Below are positions 1-12,682 of a DNA stretch of 64,000 bases, piece after piece (position 1 is the first letter of the stretch; each line of letters begins with the position of its first letter). Source of the stretch: Rhodosorus marinus CCMP1338 (taxonomy: Eukaryota > Plantae > Rhodophyta); contig JAMWBK010000003.1 in NCBI GenBank assembly GCA_029953675.1, positions 2,232,001 to 2,296,000 of the forward strand, in the 5' to 3' direction. A program made the translations under genes and the position numbers. The notes beneath the pieces were generated by a model. That model saw nothing but the letters and a program-made list of their open reading frames with translations. It did no database searches and was not told the DNA's origin.

Positions 1-948
1 CAGCTGCTGCCGTTCTCGTGGCGATTGGGATTATTGTAGCTTTTAATGGACGTTACCTTCTGGCACCGTTTATTTTTGTGCTTGGCGCTGCGCCAGGTGG
101 AATGTTGTTATTTGTTGCCTCCCAGGCGGTCTTTTCAGGAACAGATTTCGAGCTCGTTGTCTCGGTCATAGCGTTTGTTATTGGGTGTATATTATTCGGC
201 TGGTTGTTTGTTTCGCTCCTTTATGATCTTGGCGTATTCCTGTTAGGTGCCCTTCTAGCTGTTGTCGTTGCTTCCACGCTGACTACTTCCGCATTGTACA
301 GAATCAATCCCAGCGATCCGAACCTAACTTTCTACTTGACATCCGGTACGAAGCCTGAGCATGAGCGCAAAATTCAAGCCTGACTACCCTCCGCTTACGA
401 TCTACTCCTTGTGTGCAAAAACAAACAAACAGCTTTCCTGGGTTCTGTGTTTGGTCTTCTAGCTCTCAGCTATAGGGGAGCCATGGTACCGCTCTCTTCG
501 GCGTTTGTGGGATCCTTCGTTGCTGTGAGAGCTATTGCCTTTTTCATTGGAGGGTTTCCGGATCCGGTCGATTTCGTAAGCGAGGGAGCAGAACCAGGAC
601 GCAGTATTTATACAGGTACAATCGTATTTCTGGGAGGTATTGCTGCGTACAACCAATGGAGGTACAGCCGTGTTCTCAGTGCCCTACTCTTGTCGATTGC
701 TCCCAGTAAGAGCGATCTTGAATCTCTGACAAACTTCGTGCGCTGCGCTCCTTTTGAAAATTGTCGTTTATAGTTCACCCGCGAGGATGGACCACAAGAA
801 AGATGAAACTGAGGCATTACTTTCTGGTGACGAAGAAAAGTCTAGATACTCTCAATTGAGCCCCACCAAGGTTCAGAGTTTACGAGAAAAATACACCTTT
901 ACTCCTCCACGATTGGCATCTACCCATGAGGAAGGAGACATTCCGTGA
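1..948 (+). CDS. Multi-pass membrane protein, DUF4203/TMEM198-like; 5' end lies outside the window
   Basis: Serial hydrophobic Gly/Ala-rich helices in ORFs 18-383 and 411-773. Predicted GT-AG introns 346-432 and 662-773 join them in frame to the hydrophilic tail of ORF 754-948 (..YNQW-S-SPARMDHKKDETEALL..). Confidence 0.6.
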
Positions 949-3143
949 CCTCCAACGAAATATTTACGCGATTGCCCGTGCTCTGGTAGAGGAGTTTAAT
1001 AGTAAAAAGTGCCTCGCTCTTAATAACCGGATCACTTTCATCTGGGCAACCTGGAGCTATAATCCGATCTCGTACTTGAGTGATGACGAATATGTCCATG
1101 CAGACTACATCGGCTCGAGAGACCTGCATCCATTCGCAGAACGCCTGTAGAGGAGAAGTTTTTCCAGCGTGCGTGACTAATGCTCACGCAGTAGTCGATC
1201 AGTAGTCCAACCGCTCCCCCGACAGCTGGGCCGTTTTCTGTACGTAGTTTAAACTGACATTGTTTCCTGACTGTTCCCGAACCTGCTCAGCATTATGACA
1301 GCACTTCTGCGCAAGCTGACCTCGTGCAGTCCATGCAATACGGACAGGTTTTGTCGTAAATGTCAAGGCCCACCTACACCGGAGACCCTTGTCGGCGCAC
1401 AAGCCTCGACAGAACGGGGAAGGGTGAGCAATGGGGCAATTTTGATACAACGAGGGAATGAGACGTCGGGTCAACGTGTCCGATAAAGGGTCTAACCTTC
1501 TATACAAAACAAAACAAGAAACAAAAAACAAAAAAGCCTTCTAGCAATACGGCAGCGCTGTGCTCTTGCCCACCGTGCTTATTGCCACATTTGCACTAGA
1601 ACGACCCAAAGGACGAAAAAACTGATTCGTAAAAAATGTTGTAAAAAAGAAATTCTTAACATGGACGTAAAGAATATCAACTTGGGGATTGCGTGCTCGT
1701 TTTCACAGACACAGAAGAAAGTATGAAATCTAATAGCATTCAACTAGTTATATTTGACATCAAGCAGGTCCCCAAGAAAGCTGTTTGCGCTACTGTAACT
1801 GCGAAGCCTCTTAGCCAGTGCGATGTGTAGTCTGCTTGCTTTACGGAATTTATGGAAACACGTTCGAGAGAGGCTACACAAGGATGTGAAATCTGAGAGT
1901 CATCTCCCCACTCTCAAGAGCTAGGAAGGAGCCGCTGAGGGGGAAGGCTGCCAAGCAAACTATTGGGGCACCATGAGCCGTGGTGGTGGCCATAATTTTT
2001 GTTGTTTTTTGTTGCTGTAGCCGGGTGGCCTCCCTATGCTTCAAAACCTACCTCAAAACAGTAAACCAAATAGCGAAAAAGCCTGCGGGCCGGCCAGTTC
2101 TATGAGAAGTAGTACTTAGCATCCAATTCAAGAAACAAGCTCCAGAGCCGCTCACAAAAATGGGACGGGAACCCACGAATCCGTCTATTTTGGCACATAT
2201 TCATACATTTCAAAGAAAGATCTCAATAGAAACACAACCAAAAAAAAAAAAAAAACGTTTTTCCCAAGACTGCGGTGGAGAAACAAGAACCAATGAATAA
2301 TACTAATAAATCATAATGATCCTCCTCCCAAAAGAGAACTTCCTCTTTTTCACTATAAAACAAACCGAAACAAGATACCCCCACAAACCCATCAAAAAAC
2401 CATTTCAGTACCCTCCAAATATTTAAGAAAAAACAAACAAACAGCAAGTTCGCGCAAACCAAAAAATCCTGCTCTTTCAATAATTTCGAAATTTTTATTC
2501 AGCAACGACGGGAATGGGGAAAACTTGTGGCACAGAATCGATCTCTGCCTGAGATCGACCACCAACAAAAAAACAAAAACCCACCCAAAAATATTCAGAT
2601 CATTCTAATTTTAAGATCTATTTTCCAAATATTGTACTCCACGCGTAAAATAACTTATGTAATTTATAAATCTTTAGCACATATTAACACCTGTCCTTTA
2701 ATTTTTGTAATGTATTTTTTCTATAGGTTAGGGAATATTAGAACTAGATTTTGGAAAGAGGAAAAGTGGACATCCTTTTTTTTTTGTTTTCATTGCACAG
2801 AAGGAAAATGTTTTGTTTTTTTTTCTTCTGGTTTTGGCTCGATGATGGGGGGAGGATTTAGGATATTTTTTACATTGAGTTTGGGGGGAGTGATGATAGA
2901 CGAGCAGAATTTGGTAATGAATGTAAACATGGGTTTGGGAGAAAGCGGAAGAGGAGGGGAATTTATTTTTGGGGGGTTGGGGGTGGGGGTGAGGGTGGTT
3001 GAGGGGGTGGATTGTGATAGATCATAGATGCTTTAGGTTGGTGGTGGTGGAGGAGGAGGAGGAGGAAGGGAGGGATAAAAAAAATTTTGGAGGGGGGGGG
3101 GGTGGGGCGGGGAGGGAGGGCTTTTATATTTGCATTGAGAAGG

Positions 3144-3968
3144 ATGTCGGAAGCGTTTGTGGGTGTGTTGCCTGGTTGCGGGCGGGTGAGTAGACGTAGT
3201 GGTGTGGTGATGTGCAGTGAGAAGCCTGAGGGAGGGTTTTCTCGGAGGAGGGCGATGGAGTTGGCTGGCGGTTCTGTGCTGGGGGTCGTGTTGGGAGGTA
3301 GGTAGCTAGCTTCGGGAAAGTTTTCGCTGATTCTTGTTCCCCCCGCCCCTCTTCCTGCCACACTGTGTACTGAAAGATGTGGTTCTTCTGTGGGGCGTGT
3401 TTTCAAGGTTCTGTTCAAGGCGGAGTGAAGGATGCTGAGGCTATGTCGCTGAAGAGATTGAAGATGGGCCCACCTATTGAAATTGACGACGGAGTTGTGT
3501 ACAGGGAGATCAAGACGGGAGATGGATACAGCCCGAACCAGGGAGACACAGTCGCTATCCACTACTCCTTGTTCTGTGATGGCATCGAAGTCGAAACAAG
3601 CAGGGAGAGCCAAGGTCTGGCGGCTAGACCTCTTGCGTTTACGTGGGGGGCTACCAGAGGCCCTGGCGCTATCCTCAAGGGCGTCCCAATGGTAGTAACC
3701 AGGTTCAAACAATCACTAGCTCTGACTCAAAATTATGCAATCGCCCGCTCAAAATCTGTGTTTTTTCCCACTTGACTAGGGCATGGACGGAATGAAAGTC
3801 GGCGGACAGAGGATGATCATCCTCCCACCCGAACTAGCGTACGGGGCAAAAGGACGTCCACCTTTAATCCCACCTAATTCCAACGTAGAATTCGCCGTCT
3901 CGCTTCTTTCAGTTAAGCGAATGGGCTCCAACCCGAACGTCAGCAGTTTGAAGAATTCTGTATATTGA
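3144..3968 (+). CDS. FKBP-type peptidyl-prolyl isomerase, plastid thylakoid-lumen targeted
   Basis: Exon 1 MSEAFVGV..FSRRRAMELAGGSVLGVVLGG is a transit peptide plus twin-Arg and hydrophobic signal. FKBP motifs GDG..P..GD.V..HY, GMKVGG.R.IILPPELAYG and IPPNS..F. Two introns (~3300-3419, ~3690-3779). Confidence 0.9.
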
Positions 3969-4236
3969 AAGCCTATCTCGTTGCAGGGAAGCCAAAGCTA
4001 CCGAAATGGGTTGACTAGATTTCCAAAAACTACAATTCAGATACAAAAAAGCCAAAAAAAGCGAATTAAGTACAGAACAAGAACACTTGTCAATTTTTGG
4101 GATCCTATTTTGCGCCTCTTTTGCGACTCTCATGACTGTGCATGGCCGCCTGTTGCCTCAACAAAGGAAGCGAGGAAGGCGTAGAGAGCCGCCGGTTTAA
4201 GCATACGGTTAGTATTATTCTGCCACCTTGCGCCTT

Positions 4237-4740
4237 TTATGGTGGTGGAATTACGTCATGCGTGTTGTCCAACGAAAGCGCCCAGTTGACCATGTTTATG
4301 TACTTGGTCACTGTGTCCGTTCCAACGTCGCGTATCATCTCCGATCCCAAATAATATACTATAACTGTTGGAACGCCTTTGACTCCGATCATAGCTGCCA
4401 AATTCGGAGAATGATCGACATTGAATCTCGCAAGTAGCACCTTCCCTCTCGTTCCCAACACGGCCCTCTTCACGTTCTTCTCGGTGGTGCCACAGGGCGC
4501 ACACCACTCCGCGTATGCATCGAGCACGACAGGTTTCTTCGCAGCAAGCACTTCCGTCTTAAAATTATCAATGTCGACTTGAATAAAAGGCATGTTGGCC
4601 GCCTGGTACTTGCGGTCGGGCCACACTGAGTTGAGGTTCTTCATCCTCTTGAACTTTGCGAATCGACGAGATCCACCCGATAACTTAACCGACCTCTCAA
4701 AGATCTCCGATGCAGATCTAAGTATACGAACAGAACTCAT
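4237..4740 (-). CDS. Thioredoxin, probably mitochondrial (Arg/Ser-rich N-terminal presequence)
   Basis: VVLDAYAEWCAPC active site and GVPT cis-Pro loop. ATG at 4740 (MSSVRILRSASE..). Single exon. Confidence 0.85.
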   Translation of the reverse strand: MSSVRILRSASEIFERSVKLSGGSRRFAKFKRMKNLNSVWPDRKYQAANMPFIQVDIDNFKTEVLAAKKPVVLDAYAEWCAPCGTTEKNVKRAVLGTRGKVLLARFNVDHSPNLAAMIGVKGVPTVIVYYLGSEMIRDVGTDTVTKYINMVNWALSLDNTHDVIPPP

Positions 4741-5621
4741 CTTCCCTTCACCCGAAATCAAAACGAACAACAAAAAAACTCCCGAACCCTCCAAAAAAAA
4801 ATACCTTCTCTTCCGATCCCTCACCAAAGCCGAATGCCCCACAAATCCCCTAACCCCCTTCTTCTTCCCCAACAATAAATTTCTTTAAACCCCCGAAAAA
4901 GAATCCACATCAGCCCCATCAACGTCCACACTTCTTCCTCACCGTCGATCAAAATACCTCAAGACTGCCCCAACCTTTGGTGGACTCGATGAACTGGAGA
5001 GACACACTCACCACCTCCAAGATAAAACCCCATCGACGTCGATGGGCTCGATGTCATACTGTTGTTTCCAAATCTTATCTGTTCGAGAAAGCTGGCGGAT
5101 CTTACCAGAACATGTCAGAACTTCACTCATCTATTTTTTTTTCTTAGGGGGTCCTACGTCACTCTTAAGCGTGCTTACTGGATGTTGATGAAGGAAACAT
5201 GTGAACACCACCCTGGCGCCGGGTAACTATACAAGACGAGTAGCTACTCACTTGGATGCAAGAAAGCACCGTCACAGATCGTGATGAAAACTCTCTCGCG
5301 TTGCTTCTCTTCTTTGAGCTTCATGCGCTGTCGCGGCCAATGCGGCCTTGGCTTAAAGAGGCCCGCTCTCTTCGCTTATCTTAGCCTTCTTCCGCTCAAG
5401 GTTGTGGTCACTGAGTAAACGACGATCAGATCACAACCTTCCGTCGTACTATGCGCTGCGGAGCGTTGGAAGGAAGGGCAGCATGAGGATATTGGGGAGG
5501 CAGTTCCCAACGCGGAGTTTCGGAGGGGATGATGCCGAGCCTGGGGTGAGGCCGACGGTGAAAAGGAGGGCTGTTCATCGATACCCGATTGTTTTTCGGG
5601 TGGGAGACGGGAATAGCCTAA

Positions 5622-6416
5622 GTGAGTACCGTTAAGTCTCTAACTTCCTCTCCACAAGACTTTTTTGCGTCCCAAGCAGTCAGGGAAACAAGGAGTGTCG
5701 GAGACAGGAAGGCAGAGAATAATGTCCTTCGTCTCATCGCGTGTCTTACCATCATGAGCCCCACCCTAAACATGTCCCCTAGTACATTCAATTCTCCACC
5801 TGGAACTCAGCCTTCGAGTCGAGCCTCTGAAAACCTCCTCGTGAATACGCTCCGTGAAAGGTTTATATTTAAGAGTATAGACACTGGCCACGGCGGTTGC
5901 TAGACGCTCACGGACATAAAGGATCGGAGGTTCCTGAGACGCGCAACTTTCAACTGCGTGCAGCAAGAACTGAGCCAGCGACCGGAGGCTTCTGAGCTTG
6001 CTCTCAAGTGGAAAGAAGCTGTCGACGATGTAAATGGCGTCGCTTTGGGACTTAGTACTTGAGAGTTGCTTGATCAAACAGCACGTGCTGCAGACGTCGG
6101 GCACATGCAGAGACGTCTGCCAGTAGATGTCTTTTGTTTGGTTTACAGACGTATTGAGGGAGCGTCTTCCTTTGAAATCTTGTGTCCAGTTCCGACCCTT
6201 GGTTGGCACCTTCATTTTAGTCCCACAAGCATCCCAGTCATTGATTCTAGCGGTCTTCTTGGTCACGATTCCTCGGGTCCGGAAACACCTATGCGGATAC
6301 TGGAAAGCACCATCTACAGCATAAATAGATTGGGAAAACGCATTTGGGAATCATTGAAACTCCAAACCATCGGCATAGGGAAGTGTTCGCGTGTTTCCTT
6401 CCTCAGCATCGAGTAA
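5622..6416 (+). pseudogene. Possible decayed gene of unknown family
   Basis: ORFs 5622-5903 and 6066-6416 share one frame, giving ~265 codons interrupted by only two stops, with protein-like composition. The antisense ORF 5766-6266 is in register, so one frame is the shadow of the other. Confidence 0.25.
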
Positions 6417-6613
6417 GCAAACTTAGAGTGACCTAGACCGCAAAAAGATCAGCAAAGCTCTGGCGCACCACGCGTGAGATCAGCCCGCTATGTCGAACAT
6501 AGAAAGCTTGGAATCAACAGTACAACATCGAGCTCACAGTGTCGATTGCCAATGGGGTTCGCATTCGTTCGATTCCGACACTTGCGGTTGGTTGGTGTCC
6601 TGCACGCGACCAA

Positions 6614-9600
6614 CTAGGCCACAGCTACGATGTCGTCGTCGGAAACGATGCGTGGATGCAGATGTAGTTTGCTCTTGAACAAGTCGAGATCTGCAATTAC
6701 AGTGGCGCTTGTTTCTAGCTCGTTCTCGACCGGGTGCTGGTTCCCATGAACGTGTACAGAGAGTTTTCTTCTCTCTCCGGCGTTTCGTGAAACGCGCCTG
6801 CTCGATCACAAGCAACGGTATTAAAGCGTTAGGTTTCCCCCATGCTCCATGATCCGGGAGAGCCAAACAACTTTACAATCGGGAAGCACAGCCTTTGCTT
6901 ACCGACGGAAAAGATCGACGACGTTCTCGTGAGTGACCTGCTGTAAGGCCTTCTCCTCCGCTTGCTTTCGGTCGTATACAAAGGTCTCGTTCAATATTTC
7001 TGTCCAAATTCGACTGGTTAGAATAGAAAGCTTGCCATCCTTCTCGCGCTTAAAAGTTCTCAGTCCCTCGACGTACTTCTGCAAATGGAGCGAATCAGGA
7101 CGTCACTCGACGCTCAGAAGAATAAAGTCCGTGGCTCGTGGGGCAGCATATCGACCACCTACCTTGAACTGCTCGTGCGGCATCGGCTTCAAGACAAGCT
7201 CCTCAAAAGTCTTCAGGAACGCTTCGATTCTGTCGTTGACAGTCTGCGGTGAACTAGTCGGGGATTGAACGATGAACTGAAGTCCGATGACGTTATTGTA
7301 CTTGGTCATGCTTGAATGGACGACGTATCCCAGTTGTTCAACCGTACGGAGCTGATTCGAACAAGGTTCACGGATCATTTGTGCCAGAACGCCAGCCACA
7401 CACGCGGCTTGAAAGTTCCTCGGAGAGATCGAGCCGAATTCAAAGTAGACAAGAACTGCAGAGTTGGATTCATCCGGGTTCGAGACGGCCGTTCTGTACA
7501 AACTACCCTCGGGAGACACCTGCAGCTCGGAAATGACCTGTCGTAATCGTTCTGCTCGACAGATTGGACGAAACTTGAGCTTGCGCTCAAACACCGAGAT
7601 CATTCCGTCTACTCCTTTAGCATCGATATTCCCGTGGGCCAGCATCTCAATGAACAGTTCGCTTCGCATCCGTGGAATCGACTCCTCAAGCTCCGCGAAA
7701 GATATCTGTGATATCTCTTTCTTGTATGCGTTTATATGCCATCTTGGGTGCTCCAACAGATATCCGAGGGTGTACATCGCTAACTGGTACGGTTGCTCTT
7801 TGTGGAAGTTGTTGTACTGCTCCTTAAGGGACTCCCGCATAACCTCATACCTGCCCATGTCCGGTTTGAAACTGGCGATCCTCTGGACAACCAGCGACAC
7901 TAGTTTTTCTAGCCGGTGGCTAAACCCCTCAAACATCAGGAGAATTCCACCTGTCCCGTGCGCGATGACGTGCCTTAAGCCAGCGATACGCGAATCGTAC
8001 GTAGATTCTTTCAGGTCATCGTTCAACATGGATATGAACAGGCTGGACAACACAAACATCCTCGGCGATGAGTAGACACATGGTGATTCGATGAAGACCA
8101 TTAAGTTGGTCTTTGGAAGTCTGAACTGGTTGTCCATCAGGTGGTGGATTCGGTAAGATTCGTCGTCACGAACCAACTCTGGACTTTCAGTTCCGGGCTT
8201 GGGTGCTTCCAGGACACTCAGATCAGCAGGGAGGAATTCGTTCGGCGGTGGGATGTTTAAGTTCTCGTCCCAGGACGATCGGCGCCATTCTTCAACCAGC
8301 TCTTCTTCGAGATTTTTCGCTGAGTAGCTCGTGTTGTACCATTCCTCAACACTATTGCATTCCTCCTCGCCAAGCTTGGACGTCAGGAAGACATACACTG
8401 GGGAGGCAATCAAGCTCTCCATCGTCTTATATATATTATCCTCATCAAACTCAAAGTACAGCAACGGCCCGCAAACATAGTGCTCTGCAGGATACTTGCG
8501 CATCGTCCCGGCCAGTCTCGTTGCTAGCGTCGTTCGATCCTCCTTCTCTTGGTAGTCGAAGGCTACCTCAGCCATGATCTTGCACTCCTCCCACAGGTTT
8601 CTGTTCACCCCGTGAGTCTTGATGAGGTTCAAATATCCGTAGACTAGCTGTACAATTTCCAAGTAGTGATTCTCACCGTCTTGGCTCAGCTCAATGCTCA
8701 CGTCGAGCAGAGAGAAATGGTCAAGATTGACGCTCGTCCTGACCAGCAACTCGTTGGCCCAATGTCGTGCAACGAGCAGGGACTGTAAACATCCTTTGCC
8801 TTCATGTCCGATCAAATGAGCGATGAACTGGTCCGTTTTGAACCGGTAGTCAAAAGGCGGAAGCACCCACCTGATCAACAGCTCTCTTTTATCTTTCACA
8901 GGCACAATGTGGGCGCACTTCGAACGAGTATCGAAGATTGGAATGTCTTCGTATTGCTCACTGCGAGGAGGAATCGATTTGTTCTCAATGTTGGCGAACT
9001 TAGACCTCACGAGCTCCTCCAACGAATCTAGGCCTTCAGGTGCAACCAGTGCCAAGCTCATGAGGTTCGAGGAGTAGTTTTCTTTGTAGAACCTTAGCAA
9101 TTCGTTGCGGACAGATATACCCTTCTGGCGTGGCCTATCCCAGAGACTGGTCTTGTTCCCAGGACCGAACTTTGAGAACGGATGGTCGTGGGAGGCGAAG
9201 TTTGCATGAAGCCTGAACGCGCGCTGCGCATCTGACTGAAGATTCATATGATGCTCTGAATCGACGGCATTGATCTCCCTCTCTGTCGCGGACAGGGTGA
9301 ACAACGGCGTGATGAAAAACTGCGCAAATCTGTCCAACGCTTCATGAAAAGCTCCGGCAGTCACCCAGAAGTAGTAGTTTGTATCTTCCATGACCGTGTA
9401 CGCGTTGCCGTCCCCGCCGTTCTCACGTAGAAATCTCTTATAGGAATCTTCGGCAGGGTACTTCTCAGTTCCGAGAAACAACATGTGTTCGCAGAAATGG
9501 GCCAGTCCAGGAAGATCAGCAGGATCAGAATATGATCCCACTGCTACGTTCATGGACGCCGATGCATTGTGCAGTTCCACGTCCGAAACAAGCAGCACCT

Positions 9601-9792
9601 TGATGCCATTCTCAAGCACCAGGGCTCTGTACCTTGTTTTCGGATCAGAAGAAAAGATACTGGCCCAGTTCAGAATCTGATCGAAACGGAAACCCTCGAC
9701 GGGAGGTTGGTCGCCTACTCTCGAGTATCCAGCTTGGAAATTCGAAGTGACACTCCAGAGCTGTCAAATTTGTCATTCCTGGACAAGTCCAT
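6614..9792 (-). CDS. IDE: Insulinase / insulin-degrading-enzyme-like M16A metallopeptidase
   Basis: Inverted zinc motif HFCEH, GSYSDP, GG..NAYT and E..AVDSEH, and LRTVEQLGYVV. Predicted exon 1 (9792-9719) splices across 9718-9633 to give ..KLDTREYRALVLENG. C-terminal exons end RRKLSVHVHG..VAVA* at 6614. Confidence 0.95.
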
Positions 9793-10080
9793 GTCTCCGA
9801 GAATCTCTACGCAAGTTGTCGATTCCGGTCAAGCAAAAAAGTTAAAAAAGGCTACAGACGCCAAAGAGAGCCAGACCTCCCATCCATCTTGCTCTTTCCG
9901 CATTCCGCAAGCGGTCGACGGCTCGAGGATCGATCAGATGCACCTCTCTCGAACCAGCACAGCAGCCTACTCAGCTTATCATTCAGCCGGGTGTATCGAT
10001 AACCAAGGGGCTCCACACCAGCATGTAAGCTGTAGGGAGACGAACCACCAGTAAACAGTCTTGTTACACATTCGGAGGGT

Positions 10081-10670
10081 CGTCGTAGAGGTTTAGAGTG
10101 AAGATTATCCTTCTGAATGAACAACGACTGCCACTGGGGCAGGCTAGTCCTCTCACGGAAAGAACAAGTCTTTCGTAAAGCTGTGGATTGTTTCAGTCTC
10201 TCACCAATGGCAATCTGGGCGTATCTTCTTCTCAGTATCTGAACTGCTCGGTTTTCGGATTCTACAGAACTTTTAGGAATGCCGTCTCTTATAACGGCCG
10301 AACTTGGGACCATGTCTTTCCCGTTCCCGAGAGCAAGTCTTGAGAGCTTTCTCAGAATCACAATGGCTCGTTAAGAAGACAGGATTTCTACACATTGAGC
10401 TGAGAGACGCGATCGTCGTAGACAAGATGGAGAGTGAGCATTGAAAGCTTTGAACGGAGATCAACTGCTTTCTTAATGCCTCCGGGCGAGCCTAGTCCAC
10501 TAGCCGGAAGAACAGTTCGCTAGGAAGGAATATCCTTGACCTCTCCGGAAAGAAAGGCCTGATGCTTTTTCTCAGTATCTGAAGCGGCTATTGTCTTTCA
10601 TACAACCGTTGGCGATAGACGTCTTCTCTGTGTCTGCTGAATGTAGACGATCAAGAGAAGAGTGAGCATC
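10081..10670. repeat. Degenerate tandem repeat, ~220-nt period, in the IDE/cyclin C divergent intergenic region
   Basis: TTCTCAG(T/A)ATC at ~10229, 10349 and 10569, with a 15-nt exact match between 10229 and 10569. GTAGA..AGAGTGA at ~10085, 10418 and 10643. CTAGTCC..CGGAA(A)GAACA at ~10144 and 10492. Confidence 0.45.
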
Positions 10671-10833
10671 TCTCAGATGCGAAATTGTTCTTGAAGAAGA
10701 CAGATTAGTACAAATTGAGCAGAGATATTCGATCTATATATATATTTCTATATGTTTGGGACGGGAAAAGTTGAGGTGGTCTAGAGCGGGTGGTTGGTTG
10801 GGAGTTTCTTTTGGGAACGAGTTTTGAGAGACG

Positions 10834-12040
10834 ATGGCAGCGAATTTCTGGACATCTACGCATTATGTGAATTGGATAAGGAATGCTGGAACGATCCAAG
10901 TGGAGATGAATGCCCTGAGAATAAGGTTGGAAGACATTTCTCATTGGCTCTTTGTTTTATTTCTTGATACGGGAGTTTGTTTGCTGATGTGCTTTGTCTT
11001 TGTCATTTGGACTTCATGAATGCTTTTGAGTAGAGACTCTGAATATTTTACAGAGGAGGAGCTGATCTCCCTTCAAGTCTATTTCGCCCAGTTCATTTCA
11101 ACTCTTGCACGGAAGGCTGGACTCCGGCAACGCATTGCTGCAACTGCGACCGTGTACTATAAAAGGTTTTATATGCGATCAGGTTTTGTGGACCATGACC
11201 CGAGACTCGTCGCTCCAGTTGCTTTGGTAAGCACGAATCCTTCACGCCCTTCACGCCCTCAAGCACAACTTTTGAATACTTTCTCGACCCGCGAATGCCT
11301 GGAACTAACACCTTTCCGGTTTCGCCTCTTGTACTACTGCCCTCAGTATCTAGCGGCGAAGGTTGAGGAGCACACCGTCACCGCCCAGAAGATAATCAAT
11401 CAACTCAACCTCATGTACAAAGGAGAACATTCGTATCCATATGTTGTTGCTGACATCTACGACTACGAATTCATGCTAATTTCCGAGCTAGACTTTGATC
11501 TCGTGGTCTTCCATCCATACAGAGCTCTGATGCGATACTGCTCAGGTTCGCCACTCAACTCCATCCTGCGGGGTGCATGGGCAATGGTCAATGACTCTTA
11601 CAGGTGCGGAACACGGATCCTCCCTCATCGTTCAGCAGGGCAAGTGTGCTCACCCAAACGCTCCTTGGGAATATTCGCCGAATAGGACCGACGTCTGCAT
11701 GAACTACCCACCATATCTCATAGCCTTTGCATGTATCTACATGGCTGGCTCCTTGGACAACATGGATATGGACACCTGGATGGAGAAGATGAACATAGAA
11801 CCGGGTGAACTTTCCGAGGTGATACGGGCAATCTCCAGTGTCTATGAACCTGGAAAGACCGGCAAGGAGACTTCCACACTTCAGCTTGGTGAAGCCCTCG
11901 AAGGAAAGATTCAAGCTCGTTTCGCTGATAGGCAGAAGCGAAAACAAGAGGAGAGGCAGGGGAAGGAAAGGTCCATGGAGCAGTGGTTGCGAAAGGACAA
12001 GGGAGCTGCGGAGCCTTCATCAAAAGGCTCAAAACCGTGA
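10834..12040 (+). CDS. CCNC: Cyclin C (Mediator CDK8 module)
   Basis: MAANFWTSTHY start, LRQRIAATATVYYKRFY, YLAAKVEE, EFMLISELDFDLVVFHPYR, AWAMVNDSYR/TDVC..YPPYLIAFAC. Three introns. Confidence 0.92.
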
Positions 12041-12409
12041 AACAGCACGGTGTATTTCTTTCGGAGACACCAAATGTTTCATATTTAAACTTTATGCTTA
12101 ATTGTCTTGGCTGATCGAGGAAAACACAAAACGAAATATTGAGAGCCTCAAGACGCCCCCCTTGTACGGAAAAAACTAGTAGTAATCGCAAAATTCAGAA
12201 ATAGCGGGGATGACCCTCGGCAGGGTCTCCAGCACTCAAGTATTGAGTACAGTGTCCATTGCACGATTCAACACCCCCACTTGTCCTCTACCTGAACAGA
12301 CATTGGCCAGGCGATAAAAAAAATTTATATGCAAATTGAATATTCTCTAGATGTGCACGGGTCACTAACATTAGCAACTCCTATATGTTCACACGTTCGC
12401 TGGACAATT

Positions 12410-12682
12410 CTACAACAGCAGCGGTACGAATTTTTCCAGACAGAACAAGAGCGAGCACACGGTAAAGAAACCAATAAACTTATCCTTGGAGTTGGCAAAC
12501 GCCAGAGTTCCGTCCGTGCTTTGAAGCAATCCCTGCACCTTCCTCGTCATCCTTCTTGAGGAAGCAGCCGAGCGCATTTCAAACTTCCAATTATCCACAA
12601 CGCCAGACTTCTTCCTCGCACAAATGCTCACACTCATTTTGACACACTTCCCAAGCACAAACCTCCCAATGCCATAAACCAC
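12410..12682 (-). CDS. Small hypothetical protein with basic N-terminus and C-terminal hydrophobic segment
   Basis: 90-aa ATG ORF ending KDKFIGFFTVCSLLFCLEKFVPLLL. It is preceded by the same sense-strand G/T-rich leader (12690-12960) seen upstream of confirmed genes. Confidence 0.35.
   Translation of the reverse strand: MVYGIGRFVLGKCVKMSVSICARKKSGVVDNWKFEMRSAASSRRMTRKVQGLLQSTDGTLAFANSKDKFIGFFTVCSLLFCLEKFVPLLL

Noticed and set aside
2223-3712. Long ORFs 2223-2480, 2527-3027 and 2963-3712
   Set aside because: They arise from low-complexity A/T- and G-rich leader DNA or are antisense to FKBP; the composition is not protein-like.
5029-5046. 18-bp perfect palindrome CCCATCGACGTCGATGGG
   Set aside because: About 0.25 such palindromes are expected by chance in 64 kb, and there is no supporting context.
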